Below, piece by piece: positions 60,216 through 64,000 of a stretch of 64,000 bases of DNA (positions are counted from its first letter, which is position 1; every line of letters starts with the position of its first letter). The stretch covers positions 248,001-312,000 of the forward strand of contig AP026140.1 in NCBI GenBank assembly GCA_030295235.1, in the 5' to 3' direction. The translations under genes and the position numbers were made by a program. This DNA comes from Fistulifera solaris. Lineage: Eukaryota. The notes beneath the pieces are model-generated. The model saw nothing but the letters and a program-made list of their open reading frames with translations. It made no database searches and was not told the DNA's origin.

Positions 60216-61111
60216 ATGATGAAATCTTCTGTATTTGCTCTCTCGATTTTCGCTTCCACTGAGTCACTATCAGCGGCACCAGATACCTCCTCCAGAACCT
60301 TTCGTACTCACAAGTACTACTGCCCGGATCGACGATGGTTCTTGGGCTGGACGACCAGTTTGATCCCATCTTGTGCCATCGCGTTGACACCCGAGGAAGC
60401 ATCTCGTCAATATGATACCTATGCTCCTTCTTACGACAACTTGGATGGCGGAAAAGTCTCGGTAGCTCTGGGAATTGAAGATGCTCGTCGAGAAATGATT
60501 TCCAAGGCCAAGGGCGACGTATTGGAAATTGGGGTAGGCACCGGTACGCTCAAAACATCGTTCAACAGGTGTATTCGACGTTCTTTCGTCACTCACACTC
60601 GTTTTCTTCAAAAGGCCTGAATTTAGACAAGTACGTAGGCTCCCAACTGACTTCACTAACGCTAGTGGATATTTCGGAGGGGATGTTGAAGGAAGCGCAG
60701 AGTCGACTGGAGAGCTTGCCGAATGTAAAAAAGGTGCCTGTGAAGTGGGTACAAGCAGACGCAACCAGCCAACTGGTCGACTTATTTGGGAAGAATTCAT
60801 TTGATACAGTCATTGATAGCTTTTCGCTTTGCGTCATGGGTAATACAGGCGCATTACAATCGTTGCAACAAATGGCGGACGTTTCACGAAACGAGGTCCT
60901 TCTGCTGGAGAACTCGCGCTCGTCGAACGCGTTCTTGGGATGGTATCAGGATATCACTGCCGACGCAGCCGCAATGGCAGGTGGAAAAGGTTGCGTCTAC
61001 AATCAAGATGTTGCGGCAATGATCCAATCGACTAAGAACTTGCAGATTGTGAAGGAAACATCCTATTCAGCTGGGTTGTATCGATCGTTCGTTTGCAAGG
61101 TGATGAACTAG
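60216..61111 (+). CDS. Class I SAM-dependent methyltransferase, plastid-targeted
   Basis: VLEIGVGTG|LNL, VDISEGML, FDTVIDSFSLC, LLLEN; signal peptide and DRRWFL twin-arginine-like motif; intron ~60543-60614. Confidence 0.85.
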
Positions 61112-61299
61112 GCATTTGAATTCGCAACCAACAGGAATATACCTAACGTACAGAAATGTCAAGGTTGTTTGAAATATTCTATCATGCAATCTTCGACATG
61201 TACACGATTTACGACACAAGTAACATACAATTAGCAAGGAACGCGAGAGCTGTTGCTGTATGGCTCTTTGCCGCGTGAGGTGACGGCATATTTGTGATT

Positions 61300-63332
61300 T
61301 TAATGCAGACCGGCTGCTGCACCGGGGCCGTGTAAGCGACGATCGGTATAGGTGAAGCCCTCAAAGGGATTGTCGACGGGCGTGGCGGAGAATCCATGCA
61401 AACCACGATTCTGCGGGCTTAAAATGGGCATGTTGGTGAATTCCTTGTCGAATTGGCTCGTATCTAACATACCAGAAATCGTAGGCTTCCAGGGTGGAGT
61501 CATTTCTCCTGCCGCCAGTTTATTCCAGTCGATATCCTTGAAAAATTCGTGCGATTTGATTTCTTCAGCATCCGTTGGACCGCTTCCCAATCTCTTGGTC
61601 GGGTCTTTCGTCAGAAGCCCTACGAGCACGCTCTTTGCCGGTCGTGACAAACTAGGCGGATATGGGAGCTCACTGTGTCGAATCTTTTCGAAGAGGCGAT
61701 GTCGGTCTTGGCAATAAAACGGGGGTAAGCTTGTGAGCATTTCGTAAAGAAGAGCTCCTAGACTCCACCAGTCAACGGCTCGACCGTGTCCTTGGCGATT
61801 GAGAATTTCAGGAGCAAGATATTCCGGTGTTCCACAAAAGCTATTCGCACCACTCGAACTATTGCTAATCCCTTCTTTAGACAAGCCGAAATCTGTAAGA
61901 CGAATGTGACCTTCGGCATCTAGGAGAACATTTTCTGCAGGTTGTTAAAAACATGGCGTCGTGAGAAAAGTCTTGCAATATCGAACAGCCGAAGTGGCGA
62001 TCCAAAAACATATACGTACCGGGCTTCAGGTCTCTGTAAATAATGTCGAGACTGTGCACGTAACTGATCGCGAGAATGATTTCGGCTGCATAAAAACATG
62101 CGCGAGGCTCTGGAAACTTTCCTATCTTTCCTAAATGAAAGAAAAGTTCACCGCCGGCACAATAATCCAGAACAAAGTAGAGCTTATCTTTCGACTGAAA
62201 AGCCATGTTCATACCAACGATGAAAGGGTGGCGCACATACCCAAGAACACTACGCTCTGTCTTTGTATGCTCGACCTGATTTCGCTTAATGATGTTGTCT
62301 TTTCTTAACACTTTCAGAGCATAGATCTGTCCGGTCATGTTTTCTTTGACGAGAAAAACCTTACCTGTAATAAGTCGACAAAGAAACGTGAGAACGATTT
62401 GATTTGCGGTCTCACGAAGCGCTGCATCAGGACTTACCGAAAGATCCTTTACCGATCACCTTAATTAACTTGAAGGAATCTAGCCGCGGGGCAGACTGTA
62501 TAGGTTTAGAGTTGAAAGCATTGTTACTGCTAAAAGCATTCTCGGACTGGGCTCGCTCGATAGCACCGCCAATGCCTCCAGATGCGCCCTTGATTGCGAT
62601 TCCTCCCATTTTAAGCCCTTGTGGTACCTGAGCGTTCTGGTTTACATCATGCGTTCTGTGTTTGATTTCAGCCTGCAATTGTAACGATCTTCCTAAATGA
62701 GACGCCCCAAGACTTTGCGCCAAGGATCCGATATCTTCCACCATTTCAACTTCGCCAGCGAGATCCATAAGCTCCATTTCTTCGGCATTTGTTATCGCTT
62801 CATCCGTAGGTTTGTAACGTTCCAAGGCAGAGGGAATATAATCACCTTCATCAAAGTTGTCATCGTCTGCTACATCACCGTCGTCACCGGCCATGAACAT
62901 ATCATCCATTTCCATGTCATCTAGATTGGTAGTTCCTCCACCCGCATGCGCGCCATTGGGAGAAACCCGCTGTGGAGGAGCTGGATTGAATTGCGTCCAA
63001 GCGACTCCTTCGTATTGCGGCGGAATCATATTTGCCCCTTGGCTGAGAAAATTGCGCGCTTCGATGGATTCTTGTACTCCTGGATACATTAGGATATTAG
63101 TCAGCCATTCCTGCAATTCATTTCTTGCCAACATCAGTGCATTTAGATCGTATCCAGGAGATAAGGAAGGAGGGCACGGCGGAAGGGATGGCAAGAATCG
63201 TGATAACGTTTCACCCAGAACTCGTAACTCGTCATGAGATCGAAAGACAGTCCATGATTGAACGGGCTGATTGACCGTAATAGCACAAACGAGCCCTCCT
63301 CCCAGAGTCGTTGGGGCGCACCCAACAATCAT
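61300..63332 (-). CDS. AGC Ser/Thr protein kinase with N-terminal PX-like domain (SGK/Ypk/PKB-like)
   Basis: WTVFRSH..L (PX-like); IGKGSFGK, YALKVL, YRDLKPEN, DFG, FCGTPEYLAPE, VDWWSLG, hydrophobic motif FEGFTY; two introns. Confidence 0.9.
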
Positions 63333-64000
63333 GACGGCGAATTGGGCTTGTTGTGAAGAGTCGGTCTGGTGGAAAAGTAGAAAGGATGATACTATGGTGA
63401 GAAAAGTGGATCACGATGTTTCCAAGGTGACAACTGTATGGCGTCCTCTGAAGAAAGCACCCAAAACAGAAAGAACGTTTTTCACGCGTAGAAAGGTTTT
63501 CGACTGAAGAATTCAAATGCAAGCGTGCGACGTTGATTCTCATTAGTTTCAAAGGGCGGGCACCGCTGCGTTTGAAAAGCCATAAACGAAAACCCAACTT
63601 TTCTTTCTTCACGACGAGTCTTTTTTTTCTTTCGTTTTCTCACCTGTATCTTCCCCGGCGAAGCCATGCTTTCACTCTATTGACTACTCAAGAAAGAAAG
63701 ACCGATATATTTAGTCGGATAAGATGTATAACAACTACAACAACGAGTCATGTGTCTGGTGTTAATAATGAGCTAACTCCATCACGAATCCTTCTGATTT
63801 TCTCCTCCGCGCCGCCAACGAAAATTCGAGAAAGAGCCAGGATGCGGAGGGAGAGTGAGCAGAAAGCCGAGGTTCGGATCTACTTTTTCACGCCACGAAA
63901 GCCGAATGTCCAGCTCATTGTACAACATTCACGAGCGCTTGTACTTAAAAGCTTATTTTGAAAATCCAGGCACTGCGCAGATTGTAGGCCCAACTTTAAA

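Overview
Gene-dense eukaryotic nuclear DNA, most consistent with a diatom or related photosynthetic stramenopile. The evidence is short GT-AG introns, two fucoxanthin-chlorophyll (LHC) genes and bipartite plastid presequences with ASAF-like cleavage motifs. About 30 protein genes can be supported. They include plastid-targeted PheRS alpha with an apparent C-terminal EMAP-II-like tRNA-binding domain, RsfS/MALSU1, a CRAL-TRIO protein, RPS3a, IMPACT/YigZ, presenilin, a SIRT6-like sirtuin, COG8, Ogt/MGMT, Nop16 and an ABCG transporter. Also present are a bromodomain+PWWP protein, a class 3 lipase, bZIP and bHLH factors, a secreted (Pro-Val)n protein, a histidine acid phosphatase, a CUE protein, an EGF membrane protein, a methyltransferase and a PX-AGC kinase. 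Many genes carry single-base frameshifts, mostly at homopolymers, which most likely are assembly errors. Stand-out observations: (1) a three-domain myo-inositol-1-phosphate synthase + PfkB kinase + HMG-box-like fusion; (2) a ~3.8 kb repeat island at 17.0-20.9 kb containing a dimeric 431-bp tandem array, an 88-bp TIR mini-element with a visible target duplication, and a long-inverted-repeat element; (3) a family of palindromic CCAGAAA-core minisatellites; (4) a recurring palindromic GACT-Nn-AGTC promoter motif; (5) a duplicated module in the presenilin loop. All calls were made by eye with no database searches, and exon boundaries are approximate unless stated.
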